Assembly (NCBI GenBank): GCA_963666735.1
Contig: OY762926.1
Location: forward strand, 3,008,001 to 3,072,000
Length of the DNA stretch: 64,000 bases
Source: Gemmatimonadota bacterium
Lineage (GTDB): Bacteria > Gemmatimonadota > Gemmatimonadetes > Palauibacterales > Palauibacteraceae
Direction: 5' to 3'
In this document: positions 8,941-18,932 of the stretch, in pieces
How the letters are laid out: each line of letters opens with the position of its first letter
Position numbering within the stretch: position 1 is the stretch's first letter
Translations under genes and position numbers: made by a program
Notes under the pieces: model-generated
What the model saw: only the letters and a program-made list of their open reading frames with translations
Databases searched by the model: none
Told to the model about the DNA's origin: nothing

Positions 8941-10431
8941 ATGGCGTTTGCCAGGCACGGATTCCCCGCCGGATCGCGCCCGCGGCGGGAGGCCCTATTG
9001 GCCCTGCTGGCCATACTCGTCGCGCCCTGCTTCCTGTGTCCGGGTGCGGCCGTGGCCCAGGAAGGCGCGGGTTCGCTGCAAACGCTCGCGGCTCGCCTCG
9101 GCCAGGCCCGCGAGAACGCGATCCACCTCCTCGCGCCGTCTTCGTTCGGCGAAGCCGCGGACCGGCTGGAGGACGCGTCGCGTCGTCTGAGGGATGGCCG
9201 ACAGGACGACCGGTTCGAGGAACTGCTGGGCGAGGCCGGACGCTGGTTCGAAGCGGCGGAGCGGATCGCGGCCGCGGGCCGGCCGCACTTCGCGGCGGCG
9301 CTTGCCGCCCGGGACCAGGCCCGCGCCTCCGAAGCCGAGACGCGGGCGGTCGAAGGGTGGGCGCGAGCCGAACGCGAACTGGAAACGGCGGGCCGTCGTC
9401 TGGAACGCGAAGATCTCGAGGACGTGGCGGTGCGAGCGGACCGCGCGGCGGTGCTCTACCGGCGGGCGACCCGCTCCGCGCGGCGCGACGAGTTTCTGGG
9501 AGCGGCGATGCAGGCGCGAGCCGCTGCGATGAACGCGGGCGCGAGCGAGTTGGCCCCGAAGGCGTTCTCGGTGGGCGAGGCGCACATCGCGAGCGCGGAA
9601 ACGGAGATCGAGAACCTCGCTCCCGTGGAGGGGTCGGCGCGGGCCGGGGAAGCCGCGTTCGCCGCTTTCTCCCGCGCCCACCGCATCGCCGCCCTGTTCG
9701 ACAGCGTACGCCGGCGCGAGGTGACGGTCGAACGGCTGCTCGACGCGCATGAGGCGGACCTGGCCCGCCTCGCCGAAGCTGCGGGCGTGGAGGCCCTCCA
9801 GAGCGACGCCGGCGAAACGACCGCGCGCATCGAGGGGGAAATCTCCCGCCTCCTGGCGGACAACACGCGGCTGGGCGCCGAGGTGGCGAGCGAACGAGCG
9901 AGGACCGCGGAACTCGACCGCCGGGTGGCCTCGCTGGAAGACCGCGTGGCCGAGTTCGAGAGGCGCTTCACGGGAGCCCGCGCCGAACTGCTCGCGATAC
10001 GCGAGCGGGAGGCGCGGCTGCGCGAAGTCCAGGGCCTCTTCACCCCTGCGGAAGGGGAAGTCCTGCTCGTCGGAGACCGGCTCGTCCTCCGCCTGTTCGG
10101 CCTCACCTTCGAGCCCGCGCGGGCCGAGATCGACGAGGCGCTGTATCCCCTGCTCACCAAGGTCCAGCGCGTCATCACGACCTTTCCGGGGGCTACCGTG
10201 CGGATCGAGGGGCACACCGACGCGCAGGGCGGGACGCGCGGGAATCAGGCGCTGAGCCAGCGGCGGGCCATCGCCGTGCGCGAGCACCTGCTCGCCCGGG
10301 TGCCCATTCCGTCCTCGCGGGTCGAGGCGGCCGGCCTGGGCGAGGAACGCCCGGTCGCGAGCAACGAGACGGAGGAAGGACGCGCGCGGAACCGCCGGAT
10401 CGAAATCGTCCTCGACCTGGCAGGGAACTGA
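8941..10431 (+). CDS. OmpA-family peptidoglycan-binding protein with long coiled coil
   Basis: Signal peptide from ATG 8941; C-terminal 'IEGHTDAQG..NQALSQRRA..GEERPVASN..GRARNRRIEIV'. Confidence 0.9.
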   Translation: MAFARHGFPAGSRPRREALLALLAILVAPCFLCPGAAVAQEGAGSLQTLAARLGQARENAIHLLAPSSFGEAADRLEDASRRLRDGRQDDRFEELLGEAGRWFEAAERIAAAGRPHFAAALAARDQARASEAETRAVEGWARAERELETAGRRLEREDLEDVAVRADRAAVLYRRATRSARRDEFLGAAMQARAAAMNAGASELAPKAFSVGEAHIASAETEIENLAPVEGSARAGEAAFAAFSRAHRIAALFDSVRRREVTVERLLDAHEADLARLAEAAGVEALQSDAGETTARIEGEISRLLADNTRLGAEVASERARTAELDRRVASLEDRVAEFERRFTGARAELLAIREREARLREVQGLFTPAEGEVLLVGDRLVLRLFGLTFEPARAEIDEALYPLLTKVQRVITTFPGATVRIEGHTDAQGGTRGNQALSQRRAIAVREHLLARVPIPSSRVEAAGLGEERPVASNETEEGRARNRRIEIVLDLAGN

Positions 10432-10464
10432 ACCTGGCCGGGAACTGACGCGAGCCCCGGTGCC

Positions 10465-10683
10465 TCAGTCCCGGGGGCGCTCCGCCTGAACCGCGGCGAT
10501 CACGCCCCACGCCGCGGCTCCCACCGCGAGGCCCGTCCCGATCCAGCGGCCCACCTCCGCCCAGCGTCCGCGCCGTCCCGTGCGCCAGGGCCGGGTGATT
10601 TCGCTCCGCCAGTACTCCACCTCGCCGGAGGCGATCTCCCGGGCCAGGTCCGCCGCCGGTCCGGCCAGTCGCCGGGGGTCCAC
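10465..10683 (-). CDS. Small hypothetical protein with C-terminal membrane anchor
   Basis: 72 aa, GAGG RBS, directly downstream of the SDR gene, hydrophobic C-terminus. Confidence 0.55.
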   Translation of the reverse strand: MDPRRLAGPAADLAREIASGEVEYWRSEITRPWRTGRRGRWAEVGRWIGTGLAVGAAAWGVIAAVQAERPRD

Positions 10684-10696
10684 GTCCTCGGTCCCC

Positions 10697-11500
10697 TCAG
10701 TCCCCGGGCGGTTTGGAGCCGACGAAGTCCTCGCCTCCGTCGACGCGGATCGTGTTCCCCGTCATCCACCCCGTTTCCGGCGCGGCGAGCGCCACCATGC
10801 AGCGCGCCACCTCTTCCGGGGTTCCCAGTCGTCCGTGGGGGTTCTGGGCGGCGGCCTCGGCGATCATGTGTTCCGCGCCGGGAATCTTGCGAAGCGCGGG
10901 CGTGTCCGTGACGCCGGCCCGGATCGAGTTGACGGTGATGCCCTTCACCGCGAGTTCGAGCGCGAGTTGGCGGCAATGCGATTCGAGCGCGGCCTTGGCC
11001 GCGGAGACGGCTCCGTAGGAAGGGATCACGCGGTCGCCGCCGGACGAGGTCATGGCGAAGATCCGGCCGCCTTCGCCCATCAGGTCGCGCTCGAGCAGCC
11101 CCTGGGTCCAGTAGACCAGCGTATGGGCCATCACGTCCAGCGTCATGTTCATCTGCTCGGGACTCATTCCGTCGTCGTCGTCGGGCACGAAGGGGAGGAG
11201 CGTTCCGAAGGCCAGGGAGTGCATCAGCACGCGCACGGAACCCGGCCCCGCGCTTTCCGCGATTTCGTCCAGTACCCGGTTGCGCTTCTTCGCGGAAGCC
11301 GCGTTTCCGTTGAAGAACGTCGCGCGCCGTCCGCGCGATTCGATCAGATCCCGAATCTCTCCGACGTGCGCGAGTCCCGCCCGCCGGTCCAGGTGTACTC
11401 CGAAGATGTCGTAACCGGCCTCGGCGAACGCCAGCGCGGCCGCTTCGCCGAAGCCGCTCGAGGCGCCGAGAATCAACGCGCCGGGCGCGGAATCCGTCAC
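10697..11500 (-). CDS. SDR family enoyl-ACP reductase (FabL/FabI-like)
   Basis: 'LILGASSGFG', 'YGAVSAAKAALES', 'VNSIRAGVTDTPAL'; GTG start with GGAGG RBS. Confidence 0.88.
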   Translation of the reverse strand: MTDSAPGALILGASSGFGEAAALAFAEAGYDIFGVHLDRRAGLAHVGEIRDLIESRGRRATFFNGNAASAKKRNRVLDEIAESAGPGSVRVLMHSLAFGTLLPFVPDDDDGMSPEQMNMTLDVMAHTLVYWTQGLLERDLMGEGGRIFAMTSSGGDRVIPSYGAVSAAKAALESHCRQLALELAVKGITVNSIRAGVTDTPALRKIPGAEHMIAEAAAQNPHGRLGTPEEVARCMVALAAPETGWMTGNTIRVDGGEDFVGSKPPGD

Positions 11501-12065
11501 TCGTGTCCCTCCGTCTCCGTCCGTTTGCCGTCCGTCCCAAAGCCGCCCCGCCGCCTCCGCCGCCTTGCGGAAGTTGGAGCGCACAGCATAGCCGTCCGTT
11601 CCCCGGGTCGCACGGTCGTGCGCATCTCCGGACCGCCAACGGCGAAGCATCCGGCAACCCGGACGCCCATCGGCGGCAATCGATATTTTTTGAAAAAAAT
11701 AAGTCGCGCGCCAGTTCTTGGGAGCAGCCGTCACAGCCCGTTCATCGCCGCATGTAACGGGCACGAACGCCGCTCGCGCGCGCCACGGACGCGACGCGGA
11801 TTAGCGGCACGATCCACACATAATCAGGAGTTTTGGACGATCATTCAACAGTCACGTAACGCCCTATGATGCAGCCCGTTACGATCCCATTCCGCAATCC
11901 TCCCATCCCTACGCTAGAGGGTCGTCCGCTTGCAGGAGCCGGAACGTCGATCCTATCCTCAGAGCGCGACGGGAAATGCACGGCCCCCGACTGCCGCGGA
12001 CCCCCGGGGTCCGTTCCGATACAGAGAGCGAAACCCTCGAATTTCTTGCGAGAGCATCCTTGAAC

Positions 12066-12248
12066 ATGATGGCATCATCCGACTGTAGCCTCGTCAACGT
12101 CGTCGTGGATCTCCCGAAGGAGCTTGCTGCGGATGTGGAGGCCGTGCGCCAGCGGGATCCGGAGTTCCTCGAACGAGCCATACAGTACGTCCTGGCCCGC
12201 CGCATCATCTTCGAAGAACTCAAGACGCCCGTCTCGAGACACCGCTGA
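12066..12248 (+). CDS. Small hypothetical protein (60 aa)
   Basis: Protein-like composition (VNVVVDLPKELAADVEAVRQRDPEFLERAIQYVLARR), GC3-biased codons. Confidence 0.6.
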   Translation: MMASSDCSLVNVVVDLPKELAADVEAVRQRDPEFLERAIQYVLARRIIFEELKTPVSRHR

Positions 12249-12382
12249 GGGAGGCGGCCGGCGTGCCCGCGGGGGCGCGGATCCGGTCGCCGAGCGCCGT
12301 CCCCGCCACGACCGGAGGCGTTGACGCCCGTCCCGCCCGGAGCTAAATCGCGCGGGGGGCGGGTGAGCGGGGAGGTGAGGGG

Positions 12383-12784
12383 TTGGCCAGCGATTGCGAG
12401 CCGAGTATAGCCGTGTCTTCCGATACGGAGCGTCCAGCGCCCGGCCGGGGTGCCGAGAGGGGATCGGAGTCCGGCGAAGGCGTCCTGCGGGCCAAATACG
12501 CCGACTACTGCTCGGCTCAACTCACCGAAGTATTCCTCTCCCTGTCTGAAGAACGCATCTACGAGATCGTGGAGGAGGAAGCCCGGGCGCAGGCTTTCGG
12601 CCAAGAGCGCCTTGCGTTTCAGACGAGGGTCCGACTAGCGACCAAGCGACTGCGGGAGAGCGTGCCGCTACCCGATTTCGAGAAGTGGCGCCGCGATTAC
12701 GAAGCTGCCCCCGAAGAGTACGACGAGTACCTGATGGGCCTGTGGCGGCAGCGTTCGGAGGAGGAGGCCCCGGACACCGATTGA
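12383..12784 (+). CDS. Hypothetical protein (start may be GTG 12413)
   Basis: Helical protein-like ORF 'LRAKYADYCSAQL...LPDFEKW..Y...PEEYDEYLMGLW'. Confidence 0.7.
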   Translation: MASDCEPSIAVSSDTERPAPGRGAERGSESGEGVLRAKYADYCSAQLTEVFLSLSEERIYEIVEEEARAQAFGQERLAFQTRVRLATKRLRESVPLPDFEKWRRDYEAAPEEYDEYLMGLWRQRSEEEAPDTD

Positions 12785-12807
12785 ATCCCGGTGGAATCGG
12801 AGGGGGG

Positions 12808-13119
12808 ATGGCTGGAGATCAGTATGACGCAACCGACGGTGCCGAAGCAGGACGCCCCCAACTGCGGATGTGGGACGAAGCGGGCCAGGAGGCCCCGATC
12901 GGCAACCTTGACGACGGGGAACGCCGGTGGAAGATCCTCGTCATCGCCGAACCCGTCGCCGACGACCTCGTGCGGGGTTGGCTCTCCTTTCGGCTCGACG
13001 ATGAGAAGCATGACACGGCTCCGGTGATCATGGAGGAATCGGTGGCGCACGTCATCGAGCGGGCCATCGCACTCCCGGAGCCCACGCTGCGACAGCTCTT
13101 CCGTTCGGCTCGGCGGTGA
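12808..13119 (+). CDS. Hypothetical protein
   Basis: GGAGG RBS, ATG 12808, protein-like composition. Confidence 0.7.
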   Translation: MAGDQYDATDGAEAGRPQLRMWDEAGQEAPIGNLDDGERRWKILVIAEPVADDLVRGWLSFRLDDEKHDTAPVIMEESVAHVIERAIALPEPTLRQLFRSARR

Positions 13120-13176
13120 CCCCGGCGGGTTCGCCCGCTGACGCCGGCGCAGGTCGGTGACGTCCGGCGCCGGAAA

Positions 13177-14478
13177 ATGATCTGGCTCCTCGTGGCCGTC
13201 GAGGCGGCGGCGCTCTGGGGAATGGTCTGGGGTGGATCCGGCACCCCGTGGCCGGCGATGCCGCTGTGGGCCGTGGCGTTCGCGGCCTATCTCGCGGCGG
13301 CCGGCTGCGCCGCCGGGCCGGGCCGGGCGGCATCGACCCGCCGGCGCATCTGGACCGCCGGGATCGTCCTTCGAGCGGGGGCCTTCCCCGCGGCGCCCGC
13401 CCTTTCCGAGGACATCTATCGGTACATCTGGGACGGCTGGGTTCAGTCCAACGGAGTGAATCCCTACGCGCATTCCCCCTCGGCGTCGGCGCTCGAGGAA
13501 CTGCGCACCGCGTGGTGGCCGCTCATCAACCACGCGGACGTGTCCACGATCTATCCGCCGGGGGCTCAGGTCGTGTTTTCGCTGCTGGTCTCGGCCGGGC
13601 CTGCGTGGTGGATCTTCAAGCTGGGGTGGCTCGCGGCCGACCTGCTGGTGGCGCGGCTCATCGACCGGCTGTCGTCGGGCCGGAGCGTGCTCCCGCTGCT
13701 GCTGTATCTCTGGTCCCCGCTCGTCGTCGTCGAAGTGGCCTGGAGCGGCCACCTGGATCCGCTCGGGGTCGCGCCCATGCTGGGCGCCGTGGCGCTGGCG
13801 GGCAGCACGGCGGTTCCGGCGTGGCGGTCCGGAGCCCTTCTGGGACTCGCCGGCGCGCTGAAGTTCGCCCCCCTCGCCGCACTCCCGGCGCTCTGGCGGC
13901 TCCGCGGTCCCGGGGCGCTCGCCGCAGCCGTCCTCGTACCCCTGCTTCTCTATGTGCCTTACGCCGGCGCGGGGCCGGCCCTCTTCGACGGTCTGCGGAC
14001 CTACGCGGACATCTGGGCGTTCAACGGCGGCCTCTACCGGATACTCGCGCGGCTGCCGGGGCATCCCGATCTCGCGAAGTGGATCGGCGCGTCGATCGTC
14101 GGGGCCATCGCGTGCCGCGCCGCGCTCCGCCGCTGGCCGTTGGAGCGCGCCCTCCTGTGGACGATCGGATCCGCCCTCCTCCTCTCGCCGACCCTCCACC
14201 CCTGGTATCTGCTCTGGGTCCTCCCCTTCGCCTGTCTATCGGCGAATCGGGGTTGGCTCCTGTTCAGCGGCACCGTGTTCTTCGCGTACGCGGGGCGGGA
14301 TGCCTACCTCGGCACGGGGGCGTGGCCGGAGCCCGCGTGGCTGGCCTGGCTGATCCATGGGCCGCCCCTGGCCCTCCTAGCCTGGGATGGCTGGCGGAGA
14401 CGGCGTCCTCAGGGACTCGCGCGTCGTGAGAGCGTAGCCCGCGGCGAAGAGCGCCGTGAAGGGCAGGACGGCGGGTGA
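13177..14478 (+). CDS. GT-C fold membrane glycosyltransferase (DUF2029/GT87-like)
   Basis: 'LSEDIYRYIWDG..GVNPY', 'TIYPP', 'WSPL..E..SGHLD', 'HPWY'; many TM segments. Confidence 0.88.
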   Translation: MIWLLVAVEAAALWGMVWGGSGTPWPAMPLWAVAFAAYLAAAGCAAGPGRAASTRRRIWTAGIVLRAGAFPAAPALSEDIYRYIWDGWVQSNGVNPYAHSPSASALEELRTAWWPLINHADVSTIYPPGAQVVFSLLVSAGPAWWIFKLGWLAADLLVARLIDRLSSGRSVLPLLLYLWSPLVVVEVAWSGHLDPLGVAPMLGAVALAGSTAVPAWRSGALLGLAGALKFAPLAALPALWRLRGPGALAAAVLVPLLLYVPYAGAGPALFDGLRTYADIWAFNGGLYRILARLPGHPDLAKWIGASIVGAIACRAALRRWPLERALLWTIGSALLLSPTLHPWYLLWVLPFACLSANRGWLLFSGTVFFAYAGRDAYLGTGAWPEPAWLAWLIHGPPLALLAWDGWRRRRPQGLARRESVARGEERREGQDGG

Positions 14479-15810
14479 CCCGACGAGCGCCGTGTTCACG
14501 ACGGCGCCGGCGAGCGCGGCGGCGAGCGCCAGGCGCAGGAACGCCGGTCCGCCCGAAAGCCGGGCTCGATACGCCACGACGGGTTGGAAGCCTCGTTTCG
14601 GCGTGCGGGCGAAGGGGGTCGGGATCCCGCGGCAGGCCCGCGCGACGGCGAAGGTGAGCGGCACGCCGAGCCCCAGCCCCAGGAGCAGGGCCTCGACGAT
14701 GCGGCGTCCGAGCCGCCGCCGGCGGCGGATCCACCCGGCGGACCCGTAGAAGAGCACGAACGGGACGGTGGCGAGAAGCACGGCGGCTACATGAACGGCC
14801 GTGGGCAGACCGAAGCCGGTCGCCGACGCCCACCCGGCCCCCGCCAGCGCCGCCGCCATCGTGAGCGTCAGCGGATGGACGACGTGTCCCGCGAGATGGG
14901 CCGTCGCCTCGACCTTGATCGCCGCCGGCACGGGGGCGCGCCAGATCCGCGGCAACAGCTTCCTGGCGCTCTGGATTCCGCCCTGCGTCCAACGGCTCTG
15001 CTGGATCTCCACCGCGCGGAGACTGGCCGGCAATTCGGCGGGAACCCGGACGTCGTCCCGGTACACGAAGCGCCAGCCCGCGAGTTGGGCGCGGTAGCTG
15101 AGATCGACGTCCTCGGTGAGGGTGTCGCTCTGCCACCCCCCCGCCGCCTGCACGCACGCCTTGCGCCACATTCCGCCGGATCCGTTGAAGTTGAAGAAGA
15201 GGCCGGCCCGGTATCGCGCCTCGTGCTCGATCGCGAAATGCGCGTCGAGGAAGAGCGCCTGTGCGCGCGTCAGCCAACTCGCGTCGGGGGACAGGTGGTC
15301 CCAGGCCGCCTGCACGGCCCCCACGCCGGGGTCCGCGAAGGGGGGGAGCAACTCCCGAATCAACTCCGGGCGCGGAACGAAATCCGCGTCGAGCACGAGC
15401 AGGAAGTCTCCGCGGGCCAGGGCCGTGCCGTGGGCGAGCGCGCCGGCCTTGTACCCTTCGCGGGAGGCCCGGCGCACGTGCCGGATGTCGATCCCGCGAG
15501 CCCGCCACTCGCGCACGCGCCGCGCCGCGGTCGCCACCGTCTCGTCGTCGGAGTCGTCGAGCAACTGGATCTCGAGGCGGTCCGCCGGATAGCGCAGGCG
15601 GCACGCCGCGTCGATGAGCCGTTCGACGACGTTGGCTTCGTTGAAGATGGGCAGTTGCACCGTGACGACCGGAAGCGCGTCCTCCCAGGAGCGCGATTCC
15701 ACCCTGGCGGGTCGGCGCATTCGCAGCCAGAGCAGGCGCAGCCGATGCGCCCCGAAGGGGGCGAGGAGGGCGAGGAGCGCCAGGTACGCCAGGGGTCCGA
15801 TCCCGCTCAT
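14377..15810 (-). CDS. Processive GT2 glycosyltransferase (cellulose synthase-like)
   Basis: 'VQLPIFNE', 'GYKAGAL', 'DADF', 'TLTEDVD', 'QQSRW' (D,D,D,QxxRW). Confidence 0.92.
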   Translation of the reverse strand: MSGIGPLAYLALLALLAPFGAHRLRLLWLRMRRPARVESRSWEDALPVVTVQLPIFNEANVVERLIDAACRLRYPADRLEIQLLDDSDDETVATAARRVREWRARGIDIRHVRRASREGYKAGALAHGTALARGDFLLVLDADFVPRPELIRELLPPFADPGVGAVQAAWDHLSPDASWLTRAQALFLDAHFAIEHEARYRAGLFFNFNGSGGMWRKACVQAAGGWQSDTLTEDVDLSYRAQLAGWRFVYRDDVRVPAELPASLRAVEIQQSRWTQGGIQSARKLLPRIWRAPVPAAIKVEATAHLAGHVVHPLTLTMAAALAGAGWASATGFGLPTAVHVAAVLLATVPFVLFYGSAGWIRRRRRLGRRIVEALLLGLGLGVPLTFAVARACRGIPTPFARTPKRGFQPVVAYRARLSGGPAFLRLALAAALAGAVVNTALVGSPAVLPFTALFAAGYALTTRESLRTPSPPAIPG

Positions 15811-15812
15811 CG

Positions 15813-17129
15813 TCAGTTCGGCGTCTCCGGCCGGAAATCGAGTCGGTCGAGCGCGATGACGCCGTCGCTCATCACGAACAGCACGTCCTGGTACTGGCCG
15901 ATGTCATCGAGCGGGTTGCGGTCGACGACCAGAAGGTCCGCCTCGAACCCTGCCGCGACCCGTCCCGTGCGGTCCGCGATGCCGAGCAACTCCGCCGCAA
16001 CGGTGGTCGCGGACCGGATCGCATCGAGTTCGCTCATTCCGATTCCCACGAGTTCCATCAGTTCATGGCTCAGGCGGAGGACGCTCTCCGACCCGTAGCC
16101 CGTGTCGGTCGCCGCGACGACGGGCACCCCGAGCGCGTGGGCGGCCGCGGCCGTTTCCCGGACCCGGGGGAGCATGTGCCGTCCGCGCACCTGTAGCACC
16201 GGATCGTCGTAGTCGCCACCGGGGAGCGTGAGATCCGATACGACGGCGATCGTCGGCACCAGATACGTGCCCCGCTCCCGCATGAGGCGCAGCGTTGCGT
16301 CGCCCAGGTACGTCCCGTGCTCGATGCTTCGCACGCCCGCCGCGACCGCGGCCCGGCCGCCCCGGTCCCCGTGCGCGTGCGCGGCCACCGGCACGCCGCC
16401 GCCCGCCGCGTCCGCCACCAGCGCCGAAAGTTCGGCCTCCGTGAAGAACGGCTTGCGGGGGTCGGTTTCCGGCAGGCCCGCGCGCTCGGTCGCGTTGACC
16501 TTGATGAAGTCCACGCCGCGATCGAGCATCGCGCGCGCCACCCGCCCCAGCGCCTCGGGCCCGCGCACATCGCGTCCGAGAAGGTCGCTGAGACCCGGCT
16601 CATCGAGGAAGAGACCCTCCGCCGGGCGGGGCCGCACATGGTAGCCCGCGGCGAGGATCTCCGGACCCGCGAAGCTCCCGCGCCGGAAGAGTTCCCGCAG
16701 GCCGACGTCGGCGAAGAATCCCGCCCCCATGCTGCGCGCCGTCGTGACTCCGGAGAGGAGTGCCCGGCGGGCCGCCTCGAGCGTCGCGATGTGGACGTGC
16801 GCGTCGATGAGGCCGGGGACGAGGAAGCGGCCGCCGAGGTCGACCGCCTGCGCGGCGGCGGGCGCCTCGCCCCCCTCCGCCACGGAAACGATGACCCCCT
16901 CCCGCACGACGACCGTCGCGTTCGAGAGGACGCCGGAGGTCCCCGGATCGATCACCGAGGCGCCGGTGAAAGCGATCGCCTCGCTCTGGCCCGCCGCCGG
17001 CACCGGGAAGGCCAGACAGGCGAACAGGACGCCGGCGCACCGGGAGCGCCGGCCGAGTGAGCCGAATCCGCAGACTCCGCCGAGTCGGGAACGTCGGGAC
17101 GCGGTCGCCGCTGAAGTGATGACAGCCAT
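15813..17129 (-). CDS. Exported amidohydrolase (Xaa-Pro dipeptidase-like)
   Basis: 'PGLIDAHVH', 'AAHAHG', 'IEHG', 'ATDTG', 'ADLLVVDRNPL'; start uncertain. Confidence 0.9.
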   Translation of the reverse strand: MAVITSAATASRRSRLGGVCGFGSLGRRSRCAGVLFACLAFPVPAAGQSEAIAFTGASVIDPGTSGVLSNATVVVREGVIVSVAEGGEAPAAAQAVDLGGRFLVPGLIDAHVHIATLEAARRALLSGVTTARSMGAGFFADVGLRELFRRGSFAGPEILAAGYHVRPRPAEGLFLDEPGLSDLLGRDVRGPEALGRVARAMLDRGVDFIKVNATERAGLPETDPRKPFFTEAELSALVADAAGGGVPVAAHAHGDRGGRAAVAAGVRSIEHGTYLGDATLRLMRERGTYLVPTIAVVSDLTLPGGDYDDPVLQVRGRHMLPRVRETAAAAHALGVPVVAATDTGYGSESVLRLSHELMELVGIGMSELDAIRSATTVAAELLGIADRTGRVAAGFEADLLVVDRNPLDDIGQYQDVLFVMSDGVIALDRLDFRPETPN

Positions 17130-17243
17130 TCGGAACCTCCGGCATCGTGAGGGTGAGGCACCAACATGCCTTCGGCCGGGGGCCGGGGGTAGAAGCGGGC
17201 CGGGGGTGGCGCGCGCCGCCGTCGATCCGGCTACGTTGGCCGC

Positions 17244-18839
17244 ATGCAGCGCACCACGCAGCGCACGACGCCACCACTGCCACGCGAGACCGCCCAGGGT
17301 GGGGATCCGCTTCCGTTTCCCCTGCGCGTCGCCGCCATCGATGTGGGATCCAACGCGTTTCGCTTCGTCGCGGCCGAGTTCAGCGACCCGCACCGCTACG
17401 TGGAACTCGCTTCGGAGAGGGTCGCGGTCCGGCTGGGGCATTCGGCCTTCCTCACCGGCGAACTGTCGCCTTCCGCCATCGACCGGACCGTCGAGGGGTT
17501 CCGGCGCTTCCGGGAGGAGATTGATCGCCTGGACATCGAGCACGTGCGCGCCGTGGCCACCAGCGCCGTGCGGGAGAGCCGCAACGGCGCCGACCTCGTC
17601 CGCCGCGTCGAAGAGGAGGCGGGAATCCGGCTCGACCTCATCTCCGGCACGGATGAAGCGCGCCTCGTGTGGATGTCCGTGAAACAGCAGCTCGACTTCG
17701 GCGACGCCAAGTGGATGCTCGTGGATCTCGGCGGCGGGAGCGTCGAAGTCTCGCTGGCGGACCAGTCCGGGATCATGTGGAGCGAGTCGCACCGGATGGG
17801 CTCGGTGCGGCTGCTCGAGGAGCTCACGGGGGCGGCCGATGCCCCGGCGCACTTCGCGAATCTGCTCGCGGAGTACGCCGCCACCCTCCGCATTCCGCAC
17901 GCGAGCAAGCACTGGACGCCGGTCCAGTTGATCGCCACCGGCGGCAATATCGAGGAGCTTGCCCGCCTCGCGGGCCAACGCGCCGCCGACGGGATCCGCC
18001 GCATCACGCGGGCGGAACTCGCCATGGCGATCGAGGAGTTCTCCCATCTCTCCTACAGCCAGCGCATCGGACGGCTGGGCCTGCGGGAAGATCGGGCCGA
18101 CGTGATCCTCCCTGCCGCGATCGTGTACGACCGCGTCGCCGAACTCGCGGGGGCCGAGCACATCCTCGTCCCCGGAGTCGGTGTAAGGGAGGGCGTCCTG
18201 TTCGACCTCGTCGATGAGTTGGCGAGCGGGGCCGGTTTCGGGCGGCTGGAGCGGATCGTCCACGAAGGAGCGCTCACGCTCGGGCGCAGATATCTCTTCG
18301 ACGAGGATCACGGACGCCACGTCGCGTCGCTGGCCATCTCGCTGTTCGATCAACTTGCCGAGGTTCACGCCCTCGAACCGCGCGACCGGCGGATCCTGCT
18401 GGCGGGAGCGATGCTGCACGACATCGGGCAGCACATCTCCTACGCGAAACACCACAAGCACTCGCTCTACCTGATCCATCACAGCGAGATCCCGGGGATC
18501 GCGCCGAACGAACTCCCGCTCGTCGCCCTGGTGGCGCGCTACCACCGGCGCGCCGAACCGCGCCGCGGCCACTACCTCTACCGCGACCTGAATCCTCACG
18601 ACCGCGGACGCGTGGAGCGGCTCGCCGCCCTCCTTCGCATCGCGGACTCCCTCGACCGCGAGCACCTTCAACGCGTGCACAGCGTCGAGGCGCGCGTGCA
18701 CGAACACCGGCTCGAACTGCGTCTCGAGCGGAGGGGACGCCTGCTCCTCGAGCAGTGGGCGCTGCGCAAGAAGGGGAAGCTCTTCGCCCGCATCTTCGGC
18801 CTCGATCCGTACGTCACCTTCGACCTGTCCTCCGACTGA
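17244..18839 (+). CDS. ppx: Exopolyphosphatase / Ppx-GppA
   Basis: 'AIDVGSN', 'ATSAVRE', 'DLGGGSVE', HD domain 'LHDIG..HHKHS'. Confidence 0.95.
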   Translation: MQRTTQRTTPPLPRETAQGGDPLPFPLRVAAIDVGSNAFRFVAAEFSDPHRYVELASERVAVRLGHSAFLTGELSPSAIDRTVEGFRRFREEIDRLDIEHVRAVATSAVRESRNGADLVRRVEEEAGIRLDLISGTDEARLVWMSVKQQLDFGDAKWMLVDLGGGSVEVSLADQSGIMWSESHRMGSVRLLEELTGAADAPAHFANLLAEYAATLRIPHASKHWTPVQLIATGGNIEELARLAGQRAADGIRRITRAELAMAIEEFSHLSYSQRIGRLGLREDRADVILPAAIVYDRVAELAGAEHILVPGVGVREGVLFDLVDELASGAGFGRLERIVHEGALTLGRRYLFDEDHGRHVASLAISLFDQLAEVHALEPRDRRILLAGAMLHDIGQHISYAKHHKHSLYLIHHSEIPGIAPNELPLVALVARYHRRAEPRRGHYLYRDLNPHDRGRVERLAALLRIADSLDREHLQRVHSVEARVHEHRLELRLERRGRLLLEQWALRKKGKLFARIFGLDPYVTFDLSSD

Positions 18840-18932
18840 GGCGTCGAGAACGAGCGGGATGGGGGGTGCAGGGCTTATAATTCAAGCCCTGCGTTCGCAA
18901 ATCGTTCGCGAAAGAGTGGCCGGGAGCGCCGT

